A model generated the notes under the pieces. The model was not told the DNA's origin and searched no databases. It was given only the letters and a program-made list of their open reading frames with translations. 64,000 nucleotides of DNA from a virus, in IMG/VR virus record IMGVR_UViG_3300037258_000301, positions 87,625 through 151,624 of that record; one strand, 5' to 3'. Made by a program: the position numbers and the translations under genes. Shown one piece after another: positions 1 through 10,326 of the stretch (position 1 is the first letter of the stretch; every line of letters begins with the position of its first letter).

Positions 1-21
1 ACTACCGCATCAACCGACCTC

Positions 22-1224
22 ATGACTCTCCAGCTGGAGAGCACTGCGGTCGAGGCGGCCAGTCCTACGCTCATCACCACCACCAATCCTCTGCTGCCGG
101 ATCGGCTCATCACTTCTCGCTTGTCCCACATGGACCCCGACATCTACGACCTGTCCCCGAGCAGCCACTTGATGAAGCTACTCAAGGTCTTGATGGGCAA
201 CGCGGGTGCCGGAGCGCTGCGCAGGCAGTTCACCCAGAGCCGCATGGCCAACTCCTTCAGCGGCATGCACTTCTTGGACCTGGATCACTTCTACGGCGCG
301 CTGTTCGGGATCCAACGCACCAATGTTGAGCTTCAGATCGATACCGGCTTCAACCCTTACGTTGATGCCACCGACGGCGCCACCTGGGACGACATCCACT
401 CTCGGGATGCCTCCTACCGTGACCGCATCCAGAAGTTCGCCAACGCGATCTACCTGGGTGGCTCATACGCGGGCTTGCGAGCAATGGTGTCGGCGCTCAC
501 CGAGGCTGACTGTGAGATCTACGAGAGCTGGGAGTGGATTGACGAACAGGACGCGGGAATCGGTGTCCTGCCTCTCCAGAACTACACCTACACCTTCCTC
601 CAGACCAACTTGACCTATGGAGCGATGCAGCCTCAAACCTGGGGTTTCTGGGGTGGTGGCAGCAGCAATATCTTCTCTGGTCGTACCGGACAGAAGAATC
701 GCTCCGAGATCATCATTCAGCCACATCGCATCCTGACCGCCGATGAGACCTACGAGATCGTTCGGGTCATCGACGTCTTCAAGCCGGCCGGCACCAACTT
801 CACGATCAACTCCAGCGGGATCGGAATCCAGACACCATTGGAGATCCGGGATGTCGCAGCAAGCAGTGAGTATTGGGACATCACCGTCAGCCTCATCCCC
901 AACCCCGATCTTGCGCTAAGCCCTTATCCGGCGCAAACCTCACCGTGTGTACGACCGGCATTCTCCCAGTACCAAGGGGGCAGCTGGAATTACAACGCTG
1001 ACCTGTCCACAGTGAGCAGTTACACGATGGAAAATGGCGTAGTGACGGGATCGCCTGACGACGAGACGATAGTTTTCACCGATGGCACCTCTCGGGTCTA
1101 CGGCTCCAGCAACGCGGTGATGACGGCCGCACAGGCAGCTTCGGCCGAACTCGTCTCCGACGGTGTCCTCTCAGCAAGCCCCTATGCCCCGGCCCGATCG
1201 GTTGCGGGAGTGAGCGCTTCATGA
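22..1224 (+). CDS. Baseplate wedge/tail-associated structural protein
   Basis: 400 aa; 'RDASYRDRIQKFANAIYLGGSYAGLRAMVSAL...IYESW' and 'VIDVFKPAGT' resemble phage baseplate-wedge (P2 gpI-like) proteins; ATGA-coupled to the large tail gene. Confidence 0.6.
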   Translation: MTLQLESTAVEAASPTLITTTNPLLPDRLITSRLSHMDPDIYDLSPSSHLMKLLKVLMGNAGAGALRRQFTQSRMANSFSGMHFLDLDHFYGALFGIQRTNVELQIDTGFNPYVDATDGATWDDIHSRDASYRDRIQKFANAIYLGGSYAGLRAMVSALTEADCEIYESWEWIDEQDAGIGVLPLQNYTYTFLQTNLTYGAMQPQTWGFWGGGSSNIFSGRTGQKNRSEIIIQPHRILTADETYEIVRVIDVFKPAGTNFTINSSGIGIQTPLEIRDVAASSEYWDITVSLIPNPDLALSPYPAQTSPCVRPAFSQYQGGSWNYNADLSTVSSYTMENGVVTGSPDDETIVFTDGTSRVYGSSNAVMTAAQAASAELVSDGVLSASPYAPARSVAGVSAS

Positions 1225-4200
1225 CAAGCCCGAGTACGCTGCCTACGCCCTGGACCGGCTCTGTGCCGCTGAGCAGCCTTCTCCAGGCCATCAGCGTTGA
1301 GCCCAGGCTTGCGCTATCCAATCAGCAGGCAGACGACCCTCAGCGCTTCTGGGCCACCAACAACCGGCCTGCCACCTCCCAGGTCACCGAAGTCCTCCAG
1401 ATCACTCTGGGGGTGCAGCGGCTCATCAACCATATCGTCTTCGACGTCAGTCACTTCCCCTGTGACGTCCAGGTTGAATACTGCGATCCAGAAACCAACA
1501 TCTGGTTGCCGTGTCTGGATGCCCAAGCCATCGGGCCCACCCCCATCACCGCCGGCCTACGCGACTCCATCCCCTCGGTGCTACCGCCCATCAGCTCCAT
1601 CGGCGGACACCTCCACCCGCAACACTCCTTCTCCGGTCACTGGCAGCATCTCGAACTGGCCATTCAGCCCGTCTTCACGGCCAACATCAGGCTCCTGCTG
1701 ATCCGGAACTCCACGGGACAACCCCCCACCGACAACTTCCAGAACCCCGTCGACTACTCGCTTGCGGTACGCCGCCTGAACCTGCAATACGTCGTGACGT
1801 CACTGTTGGACGTCCCCTCCACTCCCGGAGCGTTTGCCTCCACCACCGACCTATTCGGCTCGCCGGTCAGCTACAGCCTGCGCGTCAATGCGGCAGAAAA
1901 TGTTCTTCGCAACACCAGCGCGACCGGCGGGACGCAAAGCGGTCAGCAGCTGATCTGGAAGTGCGAACCACAGCCAGTGCCATGGGCCGTCATCAACTTC
2001 TACCTCGATGTACGAAACATCGAGGGCGATGCACAGGTGATTGATCGCGTCTACGTGGACCCGCTCTACACAGGTCCTGCCATGAATCTCTACTACTCCG
2101 TCGACGATCCGAACGGAGTCTTCGTTCCCGGATTCGACCCGCTGCCTGATGGCGTCATCCAGGTCAACGACACCGATGCCATCGGTGGCAACATTCTCTA
2201 CTCCGGACTCGCCGGTGTCGGTGACATCGCTTTCGTCGACATCAACAACGTCGCCGTTGGATACGACCCGACTCACTCTTGGTGGTTCGGCGGCCTCATC
2301 AATGCCAAGTATCGACACGACGGCACTGAAACGATCGACCATCCGATCATCGACACTGGCGATTGGCAATGCTGTCTGACCCCCTTCGGGTTCCTCTTCT
2401 CTACTTCGGGTGGCGACTACCTGTCGCTGCCGATCGCCAACTTCGATCCCGCTACGCCAGTGAACTTCCTGTTGTCTTATGACAGTTCCACGAACACCGT
2501 TACGGTGTGGATCCAGGTAGGTCCCACTTCCTACACCGGATCGGTGACGCTCACGACTATCCCGGTGGCGGTCACCAACATCCGGGTGGGCGGATTCCAG
2601 ACGGAATACCCGGGTACGTCCGACATAGACTTCACCGAACTGCTGCTCAAGGTGGACGACGTTCCCGACACGGCGACAGTCCTTGCCTTCCTCGCCAATC
2701 CAGACCCCTACGTCCTCAATGATACCTATCTGGGTAGCCAAGATCCTCGCGTGAACAACGCACTATTGCGTTATCACATCGAGTTCTTCGACGGGATCAA
2801 CAACCCGGCCGGCTTCATCGGTGGCCCACCCGACCGATACGCCGACCTGTCTTGGACGCCGATCACTCGGGACTACACCCTACAAAAAGGCTTCTGCAAC
2901 TTCCTGCCGACGGCGGCCAAGTACATCAAGATGGAGTTCTCCGGTCTCGTCCCGGAAGCCTACGAACTCTACGAACCGATCCAACGCACGGTGTTGACCT
3001 ACCCCACGGCGTTGGGGGGCACTGGCGGCAACTCTCCGGCTCCGGTCGACCAACAACGTCCTGGCACCACCGCGAGCTGGAAAGTCAACCTGATGCTGTC
3101 CGCCAATCAGTACACCGGCGGTGTCAATCCCATCATTGGTACGGGCGGACTGCCAGGCAAGAACTACACGGCGACGACCGCTCGGGCCATCACCAATCTC
3201 GAACAGCAGGCCCAGCTCGCCCTGAACAACTGGACCTGGCGCTTCTTGCCCAGTTCGTCTCCCACGGTGATGCCGTCCTTCTCCACGACCGGACCGCACA
3301 ACTACGAAGAGGTCGACATCACGCCGACCACCAAGGTCGGCTACTTCGTGGGCCTGAAGTCGGTGGGTGCTTACCGGCTGGATTATTCGACCACGGCCGA
3401 CACCGATCAGTACATCGACCTGTTTTATGACACCTCGAACTTGGCTCCAGCAACGAACTTCCTGCTTCCCCAACCCCATGCACTCACCTCCGGCGCCGCA
3501 GATTACGCCGAAGCTCAGTCGGTGGTGTTCAACTCTCAACGTGTGGTCTCGGCCATCCAGTTCGCCACCACTCAGTCCGATCCAACCCAGCTGCTACCCG
3601 ACGACGGCTTCGACGATCCGACTCACACCTCATGGAACGTGGTGGGGGACGCGTCTTTCGCGCCCGGAGTGGAAGTCAACCAGATCGTTGGTTCGACCCT
3701 CCAGATCAGTCGTAACGCAACTGGAGTCACCTGGTCACAATTGACGTCCACCTATCAGACCTATCAGGAGATCATTAACCTCTCCACCATCACGTACTCG
3801 TCCATCATGCAGGGATTCTCGGTTCCGATGGACTCCGGCGGGGTGTCGAGCGGAGTGATCACATCGCCCCCGGGTGGTCGTGTGTACGCGGCCGGTCGGG
3901 TCGTGGCCGGCACAAACCTTTCTTCTCCGCTCTACGTTCAGATCGTTGACAACGATACGGGTGCCCTCCTGTCCGAAGAGGCCGTTACGGTACCGGCCAA
4001 TTCGGTCGTTGAGTGGTACACCGGTTACCACATCGGAGATGGTGTCGATCCGCGTCCGATGCTGTGGAGTGACTTCTCGACACCCATCACCGCGCTTCCG
4101 ATGCAGGACAACTTCACTCGTCCCAATGCCACCGTGCTCGGGGCGATGAACACCACCCAGGTCTGGGCCTACGATCTGGACAACAACGGGCTGCCGCTGT

Positions 4201-6473
4201 CCCTTCATATCGTTTCCGACAACGCCGAAGTCACGCTCCAGGGGCAAAAGAACTACGTCAACACCGGAAGTTTGTGGGGGTCCGTCGAGTTCAGCGTCCC
4301 CAACGCGATCAGTAACACCGCCGTCACCGGACCGAACATTTTGGCCAACGGAACCTTCGAGAACGCGACTATCGCCCCCTGGTCCGTCTCCGGCGGCACT
4401 CTATCGGCGTCGGCCTCTGGTACCGCGCATACCGGCTCCTACTCGCTGAAGGTGACGCCTGGTGGGGGAGCGAACGTCAGCATCGCTGCCGAGCAGTACA
4501 TCAGCGTCACCGTGGGCGCGTCCTACTCCCTGGGTATGTGGAGCTGGTTTACCAACGCCGTCACGAGCAGCCACTTCGTCATCGGCATTTTCTGGTTCGA
4601 CGCCAACCACAACGCGTTGACCAATCCCACCACGTCACTGAATGCCTCCGCTACGACGTGGACCAACAGCACCCTGACGGCGGTTGCTCCGTCAGGAGCC
4701 GCTTACGCATCCGTCGGCGCCTCTCTTATCGGCACTCCGCCCACATCCGACATCTGGTACCTCGATGACGTCACGTTCACCACCAACGCCGAGGCGTACC
4801 TGATCAAGCTCGGTCCGACCGCGATGGACATGGCGGGCGAGCTGATGATGACTTCCGGTGCCGCTTTCGAGGCCCCCAACGCCTCGGTGCTCGTTCCCGG
4901 CGGCTCCGGTACCCAGTCGGTGGTCGGGGGCGATGACATCCGCATCGACTCGATGCCGACCATCCTGGTGCCGAGTGCTCAACGGGATGTCACTCAAGCC
5001 AGCGTTGATCCAGTAGCCACGCCGTACTCCCTGGTGATCTACCGCAACGGTAGTTGGGTTCGTACCGTCTCCCACGACCGAGGCGCCCAGCCACTCGTCG
5101 GCATCAAGGGCAACCAGGGCCAGGAGTGGGCCAGTTATGCCTACACCCCCCTGAAATACGGTTCACCCCCCACCGAGACCATCTCTGGCATCCCCAGCGG
5201 CACCAATGGCGGTTGGGCCGCCGGCCAGAGCGGCAACTCTCTCTGGGTCACCAAGAGCGACCAGGACTGGCTCGCCACCGGCACCTGGAACACCTCCGCA
5301 GCGCCTCGGCTTCCCGGTCGGGATGACTGCGGCTACCCCCTGATCGCCACCAGCAACGAATCAACCTTCGTCACCGACGTCGAGTCCTATTACGGGGCGA
5401 TGACCACCCACGTATCCACGCTGGCCGGTGCCGCCACCGGTACCAGCCCGCACGGCAATGTCCTGGTGCTCGACTACGACCACGACATGTACATCGACGT
5501 CAACGGCAACATTCTGGTCAACGGCACCAGCTACGGGAACCTGTTTCCCGGCGGTATCCCTACTGGCAAGTCCATCACGGTGCAGTGGGCCCAAACCTCC
5601 CGGCTGTCTTCGGCCACGCTGGGCGGTATCAGTCCGGCCCAGTTCCCTGACATGCTCATCGGCAAGGTGGCCGGCGTCATCGTCGGCCGCTTCGCCCACG
5701 GCAATCTCTCCATCTGGCGAGGCACTAAACGCGGAGTTGCTGGAGATGCCTACGCCGGCACGCCACCGAGTTGGTACGGCCCCATCCAATCCGGCACCTG
5801 TTTCCGGGCCTGGGTGTGGGCGCCGGACGCCTCCAACATCGCACTCGACCCGACCATGCCGACCTGGAATACCGTCACCCAAGACGGCTCGCTGACCTAT
5901 GACCAGGTGGAGGGAGAGCAGCAGCTCACCTTCCCCAACCTGCGGGCCCAGTTGGTGCAGTACGGACCCTCACAGGACGTGTGGGAGGTCGACGCGCTCT
6001 CGATGTTCGTCGATCCGATCGTCTGGAACTTCTCCACTGACGGCGGCTACACCTTCTACCCGGCCTATGAGATCCGCAACAACCCGCAGGGCGTCCTGGC
6101 CTTCCCGACCTCCATCGACGTCACGGAGCTGGGCCAGCTACCCGGCACGGGCCTGGTGTGGAGAGTTGTCAGTTACGCTCCTGATTCGGTGATTTCCTCA
6201 CTGGTGATTCGCCCGTGGTACGCGGGCCTGCTCTCCGGTAACAGTCAGCGGGTAGGGCTGGCCACCCAAGGTCCCAATGTGATGCCCTACGATCATTTTG
6301 GCGACATCAATGCCGACGCTTCATTCCAGTTGTGGGACAAGCCCATTCCTCGCGAATGGTTCTTCGCGTATCGACCTTTGGCGACCACGACGACTTTGGG
6401 CACAGCGACGGGAGGGACCTTCCCCAGCAGTACGACCTACCCCGGACCCAGCCTCTACCCCGGTAACAGCTAG
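1221..6473 (+). CDS. Large minor tail/baseplate protein with carbohydrate-binding-like modules
   Basis: 1750 aa, T/S/G/P-rich beta-type sequence; N-terminal discoidin-like segment; CBM4/9-like segment 'NILANGTFENATIAPWSVSGG...AHTGSYSLKVT' (~4336-4780). Confidence 0.7.
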   Translation: MTSPSTLPTPWTGSVPLSSLLQAISVEPRLALSNQQADDPQRFWATNNRPATSQVTEVLQITLGVQRLINHIVFDVSHFPCDVQVEYCDPETNIWLPCLDAQAIGPTPITAGLRDSIPSVLPPISSIGGHLHPQHSFSGHWQHLELAIQPVFTANIRLLLIRNSTGQPPTDNFQNPVDYSLAVRRLNLQYVVTSLLDVPSTPGAFASTTDLFGSPVSYSLRVNAAENVLRNTSATGGTQSGQQLIWKCEPQPVPWAVINFYLDVRNIEGDAQVIDRVYVDPLYTGPAMNLYYSVDDPNGVFVPGFDPLPDGVIQVNDTDAIGGNILYSGLAGVGDIAFVDINNVAVGYDPTHSWWFGGLINAKYRHDGTETIDHPIIDTGDWQCCLTPFGFLFSTSGGDYLSLPIANFDPATPVNFLLSYDSSTNTVTVWIQVGPTSYTGSVTLTTIPVAVTNIRVGGFQTEYPGTSDIDFTELLLKVDDVPDTATVLAFLANPDPYVLNDTYLGSQDPRVNNALLRYHIEFFDGINNPAGFIGGPPDRYADLSWTPITRDYTLQKGFCNFLPTAAKYIKMEFSGLVPEAYELYEPIQRTVLTYPTALGGTGGNSPAPVDQQRPGTTASWKVNLMLSANQYTGGVNPIIGTGGLPGKNYTATTARAITNLEQQAQLALNNWTWRFLPSSSPTVMPSFSTTGPHNYEEVDITPTTKVGYFVGLKSVGAYRLDYSTTADTDQYIDLFYDTSNLAPATNFLLPQPHALTSGAADYAEAQSVVFNSQRVVSAIQFATTQSDPTQLLPDDGFDDPTHTSWNVVGDASFAPGVEVNQIVGSTLQISRNATGVTWSQLTSTYQTYQEIINLSTITYSSIMQGFSVPMDSGGVSSGVITSPPGGRVYAAGRVVAGTNLSSPLYVQIVDNDTGALLSEEAVTVPANSVVEWYTGYHIGDGVDPRPMLWSDFSTPITALPMQDNFTRPNATVLGAMNTTQVWAYDLDNNGLPLSLHIVSDNAEVTLQGQKNYVNTGSLWGSVEFSVPNAISNTAVTGPNILANGTFENATIAPWSVSGGTLSASASGTAHTGSYSLKVTPGGGANVSIAAEQYISVTVGASYSLGMWSWFTNAVTSSHFVIGIFWFDANHNALTNPTTSLNASATTWTNSTLTAVAPSGAAYASVGASLIGTPPTSDIWYLDDVTFTTNAEAYLIKLGPTAMDMAGELMMTSGAAFEAPNASVLVPGGSGTQSVVGGDDIRIDSMPTILVPSAQRDVTQASVDPVATPYSLVIYRNGSWVRTVSHDRGAQPLVGIKGNQGQEWASYAYTPLKYGSPPTETISGIPSGTNGGWAAGQSGNSLWVTKSDQDWLATGTWNTSAAPRLPGRDDCGYPLIATSNESTFVTDVESYYGAMTTHVSTLAGAATGTSPHGNVLVLDYDHDMYIDVNGNILVNGTSYGNLFPGGIPTGKSITVQWAQTSRLSSATLGGISPAQFPDMLIGKVAGVIVGRFAHGNLSIWRGTKRGVAGDAYAGTPPSWYGPIQSGTCFRAWVWAPDASNIALDPTMPTWNTVTQDGSLTYDQVEGEQQLTFPNLRAQLVQYGPSQDVWEVDALSMFVDPIVWNFSTDGGYTFYPAYEIRNNPQGVLAFPTSIDVTELGQLPGTGLVWRVVSYAPDSVISSLVIRPWYAGLLSGNSQRVGLATQGPNVMPYDHFGDINADASFQLWDKPIPREWFFAYRPLATTTTLGTATGGTFPSSTTYPGPSLYPGNS

Positions 6474-6506
6474 CCATACCGGCGAGAAGGCTTTGCTCCT
6501 CCTCAG

Positions 6507-6540
6507 CGGCACATGCAATAATGCACATGTGCCGGATTTT
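6507..6540 (+). terminator. Hairpin after tail gene (terminator or operator)
   Basis: Inverted repeat cggcacatg (6507-6515)/catgtgccg (6526-6534) followed by gatttt. Confidence 0.45.
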
Positions 6541-6572
6541 GTGGTGTCTACCCATCGGGAGATCTCACCATC

Positions 6573-6896
6573 GTGAGGAAGGAGAGGCCCGTGTTGGAAC
6601 AGGCCGTCTCTTCCGCTTTGTATCGACTCACCCTCCTGGAAAAGGCCCTTCACTCCACCGAATCGTGGTCCCTGTCCGTCGGTGCCGAGCGGGTACCGGC
6701 CACCCGCATCGTCACCGATGACGGCGTGACCTTTCGGGCCACGCTCTCCTCGCTGTGCGCGGCCGACCTGCCGATCGTGTCGTTGTGGTGCGGTGACGAA
6801 CTCAGCGGCACTCGGGCACTCCCCTACGCGGATCACGGCGACGGCCTGGATGTCGAGTGGGGCATCAGCATGGGGAAAGGCGCGGTAGCGGCATGA
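6573..6896 (+). CDS. Hypothetical protein
   Basis: 107-aa ORF; stop overlaps helicase start (ATGA). Confidence 0.6.
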   Translation: MRKERPVLEQAVSSALYRLTLLEKALHSTESWSLSVGAERVPATRIVTDDGVTFRATLSSLCAADLPIVSLWCGDELSGTRALPYADHGDGLDVEWGISMGKGAVAA

Positions 6897-9274
6897 CAAC
6901 TCTGGAGCAAGCCCCGCCCACGACGGCGGGGCTTTTCCATACTCCCTGGTCGGGACTCCTCGACTTCCAGGCTGAAGGGGTCGCCCAGTGCTTCTACGGC
7001 ACCGACCCCGAGAGCGGCGCCGACGGTGGCATGTTCTTGCTATTCGACACCGGCTGCCTCTATGGTGACGCCGAGATCATGGTCAATCGAGGTGGGAAGG
7101 GGTTCCGGGTAGCGATCCGAGACGTTGTTCGCAAGTTCAACGGCGGCAAGACGCATGGCCCAAAGTGGGATCTGTCCATCCCCACCTTCGTCACACGAGA
7201 AGTTGATGGCGTTGTACGCCTGGGCCGTCTCACGGGCGCCTGGGAGAGCGGCGTCAAAATCACCTACACCGTCACTACTGACACGGGTCGGACTATCCGT
7301 GCTACCGACGAACACCCCTTCCTGACCGAGCGCGGGTGGCTCCGTCTGGACCAACTCGTCGTGGGTGATGAAGTGCATGTCCGAGGCTCTCAAGCAACCG
7401 GACACGCACGGAAGCCCAAGCCGCGTTATCGATCAACAGCTGGGCTTGTCCATCACCCTTACGCGACCCACCGCAGGGCGAAAAACAGTCCTTATCGCGT
7501 GGTAGAGCACCGCCTGGTGGCTGAGGCTGCGATGAATCACCTCGCCTATGAGAGGTACGTCGAGCGGCTCCGAATTGGACAAATTGACGGCCTGTGCTTC
7601 CTTGATCCTGACATTTACGCCGTACACCATATTGATCACAATCATCTCAACAACGAGCTGGTCAACCTCAAGATCATGACACACTCGGAGCATCAAGCGC
7701 TCCATGCTGACGAGGGCAAGACCAACAGCGTCCTATACAAGATCGTGACGGAAAAGATCACTTCTGTGGAGCTCTTCGGAGAAGAGTCCACTTACGACCT
7801 TGCTGTTGAGGATGATCCACACAACTTCCTGGCCAACGGCTTCGTCGTACACAACACCGGTAAGACCGTCTGCTCGATCGCGCTGGCCTGTCTCCTCATT
7901 GAGGACCAGAAGATCGACCGGGTCATTGTGGCCTGCGAGAAGAGCAAGCTCACCGACTGGGTGAGCGACTTTCAGAGCTTCTCCGAGTTGAGCGTCCGGA
8001 AGTACCACGGATCCAGTCGCAAGACGATGCTGACCAAGCACGACCCCCTGGTGGTGGTCAGCACCTACGAGACGTTGCGGGCCGACCTGATGGCCTTCCA
8101 GAAGAACCCCGGCAAGCGCGGTCGAGGTTCCCGCGTCGACGGGCCGCTGATGGACGATCTGGGGCTGCGATCCAGTCGCACCCTCTGGATCTTCGATGAG
8201 GTCACGAAGCTGAAGGGCCGTGGCAGCCAGATCCATCGGGCGTTCGACTACGCGCTGGGGCAGGCCCGCAAGCACACCCATCAGCGCGTGATCGGTCTGA
8301 CCGCGACGCCGGTCGAGCGGGACTTCGAGGACTTCTACAACCTCGGCCGCCTTGTCGTACCCAGCCGGATGCCTACCGTCGAGGAGTTTGAGAAGCGCTA
8401 CACGCGGGGCAAGGACATCCTCGGCCGCTACGTCTTCGTTCAGTACCGGGCCCGTGAGTTCGCCGCCCTGTTCTCTCCGGTGCTGATCCGTAAACGCAAG
8501 ACTGATCCGGATGTGATCGAGCAGTTCCCGAAGATGGTCGAGCAGACCATCGGGGTCGACCTGCATCCGCAGCATCGCCAGTTCTACGACGCGACGCTGA
8601 GCCTGTTCGACGACCCGGAGGATCTTCGCGCGTTCGGTATCGCCCGGATGACCGCCGGCCACCCGTGCTCACACCTGCACGCCGACAACCCGGTCTCGCG
8701 CTCCATCGTGGAGACCGTCGGTGAGGAGTTTCTCCGTTCGGTGCCCTCCTCGAAGTCGATCGAGCTGATCAATCGGCTGACCCCCCTGGTCAAGGGACAG
8801 GGGGCGCAGGTGATCGTGTTCACCTTCTACGGCCGCTCCGTGCTCGTCGAGCTGGCCAAGGATCTGCGGGCAGCCGGGTTCACCGTGTCGACCTTCGCCG
8901 GAGGTATGACCACCGCCGAGCAGGACAAGGCCAAGACGGAGTTCACTTCCGGCGCCACCGAGGTGTTCCTGGCTTCTGACGCGGGCGCCCGGGGCCTGAA
9001 CCTCGGCAACGCCTCCTACGTGATCGAGTTCGAGTCGGCGATGAACTACGCCATGCGCACCCAGCGGTTCAACCGGGCTAGCCGACTCTCTTCTACCGCG
9101 ACCTCGGTGACCTGCTGGACGATGATCTGCCAGGCCACCATCGAGGTGCCCCTGTTCGAGCTGTGCATGCGTCGCAACGCCGATCATGACATCGCGGTGG
9201 GGGACGAGGCTGACGACACCGCGTTCATCCCGGCCAGTGAGCGTCGCCGGATGCTGACGATTGGGCGCGGATGA
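6893..9274 (+). CDS. SNF2/SF2 helicase, intein-containing
   Basis: Motif I split as DTG|TGKT, 'IFDEVTK' (motif II), 'LTATP' (III), 'SDAGARGLNL' (V), 'QRFNRASR' (VI); start moved to ATG 6893 (ATGA overlap). Confidence 0.85.
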   Translation: MTTLEQAPPTTAGLFHTPWSGLLDFQAEGVAQCFYGTDPESGADGGMFLLFDTGCLYGDAEIMVNRGGKGFRVAIRDVVRKFNGGKTHGPKWDLSIPTFVTREVDGVVRLGRLTGAWESGVKITYTVTTDTGRTIRATDEHPFLTERGWLRLDQLVVGDEVHVRGSQATGHARKPKPRYRSTAGLVHHPYATHRRAKNSPYRVVEHRLVAEAAMNHLAYERYVERLRIGQIDGLCFLDPDIYAVHHIDHNHLNNELVNLKIMTHSEHQALHADEGKTNSVLYKIVTEKITSVELFGEESTYDLAVEDDPHNFLANGFVVHNTGKTVCSIALACLLIEDQKIDRVIVACEKSKLTDWVSDFQSFSELSVRKYHGSSRKTMLTKHDPLVVVSTYETLRADLMAFQKNPGKRGRGSRVDGPLMDDLGLRSSRTLWIFDEVTKLKGRGSQIHRAFDYALGQARKHTHQRVIGLTATPVERDFEDFYNLGRLVVPSRMPTVEEFEKRYTRGKDILGRYVFVQYRAREFAALFSPVLIRKRKTDPDVIEQFPKMVEQTIGVDLHPQHRQFYDATLSLFDDPEDLRAFGIARMTAGHPCSHLHADNPVSRSIVETVGEEFLRSVPSSKSIELINRLTPLVKGQGAQVIVFTFYGRSVLVELAKDLRAAGFTVSTFAGGMTTAEQDKAKTEFTSGATEVFLASDAGARGLNLGNASYVIEFESAMNYAMRTQRFNRASRLSSTATSVTCWTMICQATIEVPLFELCMRRNADHDIAVGDEADDTAFIPASERRRMLTIGRG
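6909..6936 (+). terminator. Intrinsic terminator-like hairpin inside the 5' end of the helicase CDS
   Basis: aagccccgcc-cacgac-ggcggggctt followed by ttcc. Confidence 0.5.
7055..7855 (+). mobile_element. Intein (267 aa) with HNH-type homing endonuclease
   Basis: Block A 'CLYGDA', block B 'IRATDEHPFLT', blocks F/G 'TYDLAVEDDPHNFLANGFVVHN' then Thr+1; internal 'VHHIDHNHLNNELVNL...EHQALH'. Confidence 0.92.
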
Positions 9275-9295
9275 ACGCCACCAGGTCGTCTTCGG

Positions 9296-9559
9296 TCACT
9301 TTGCCTCCAGCGCGGTCGTGATGGCCCGCGCGGTCGGGCATGGCCACGGCTCGTCGCAGGTCGGACAGAACTCGCCTTCCCGTTCCTCGCCGTCGGCGTC
9401 GCGACCTTCCACATGCTCAGGCGAGTGCAGGTCGAGCACGGCGCGGAGCGCGGCGAATGCCGCCGAGGCGCATTCCTCGCGCAGGTACGCCTGGCCTTCG
9501 TAGCCGTAGGCGCCCGCGCCGTAGGCGTAGTCGTCGAGCAACTTCAGTGGATCACTCAT
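9296..9559 (-). CDS. Small hypothetical protein (CxxC...WPCPT motif)
   Basis: 'CPTCDEPWPCPTARA', a motif type common in actinophage small proteins. Confidence 0.6.
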   Translation of the reverse strand: MSDPLKLLDDYAYGAGAYGYEGQAYLREECASAAFAALRAVLDLHSPEHVEGRDADGEEREGEFCPTCDEPWPCPTARAITTALEAK

Positions 9560-9658
9560 CGGCTGCACCGTCCTTGTTGGCGAGGTAGGCGACGCGCGCC
9601 TCTGGAGTGTCGTCGATCCAGCCGCCGTTCGGGAGTGGACGAACGTAGTCGGGGTCGG

Positions 9659-9898
9659 TCACGTGGTCTCCTCAGTGGCGGGGAAGGGTGGTACCTCGAT
9701 CTTCGTGACGCGGTACCCAAGGTTGACCAGGACGTTCAGGAAGGTACCCACACCATGCGCCTGCGTTGAGTGGCGCATGAACTCGCGGTGCTCCCCCAGG
9801 GCGGTGTGGACGGCTTCGTACAGCTCGTCGAACTCACCGAGTTCCTGCCAGGGGATGTCATCGATATCGGGATCTGGGGCCTCGACGGGATCGGTCAT
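9659..9898 (-). CDS. Hypothetical protein
   Basis: ATG 9898 overlaps the stop of the preceding minus-strand ORF. Confidence 0.55.
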   Translation of the reverse strand: MTDPVEAPDPDIDDIPWQELGEFDELYEAVHTALGEHREFMRHSTQAHGVGTFLNVLVNLGYRVTKIEVPPFPATEETT

Positions 9899-10326
9899 GA
9901 CGACACCTTCTCCGCAGAGACGCCGAAGCCACGATCCACCTTGACCACGTAGCCACGCTTCTTCGCGCAGCACCCGCACAGCCGGATCTCTTCCTCGTCA
10001 TCCTGCTCCCAGTTCACCCAGGCCAAGCCCTCGTTGTAGAACAGCACTCCGCAGTCGTCGCATCCTTGCTGGGAAACCAGGTCGGAGACTCCCCCGAAGC
10101 GCCCGAGCCAGAACCACTCCAACGACTCACAGTGCTCGTCGTGCTCGTCCCACTCCTTGCGGATGTGTGGGAACAGCGTGTCGTAGCACCACGGTTCGAC
10201 CTTCACGTAGTGCTTCGGCGCGATGCTCGGTCCAGGCCACCAGCCGAAGTAGTGGGCCCAGCGTTTGAACCACACCACCGAGAGGTCATGTGGATTGGGA
10301 CAGAAGTGGCAGTGACGTTCCTTCAC
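9895..10326 (-). CDS. Hypothetical Cys/Trp-rich (Zn-finger-like) protein
   Basis: CxxC pairs (CHFC, CDDC, CGCC); 4-bp overlaps with neighbours. Confidence 0.6.
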   Translation of the reverse strand: MKERHCHFCPNPHDLSVVWFKRWAHYFGWWPGPSIAPKHYVKVEPWCYDTLFPHIRKEWDEHDEHCESLEWFWLGRFGGVSDLVSQQGCDDCGVLFYNEGLAWVNWEQDDEEEIRLCGCCAKKRGYVVKVDRGFGVSAEKVSS

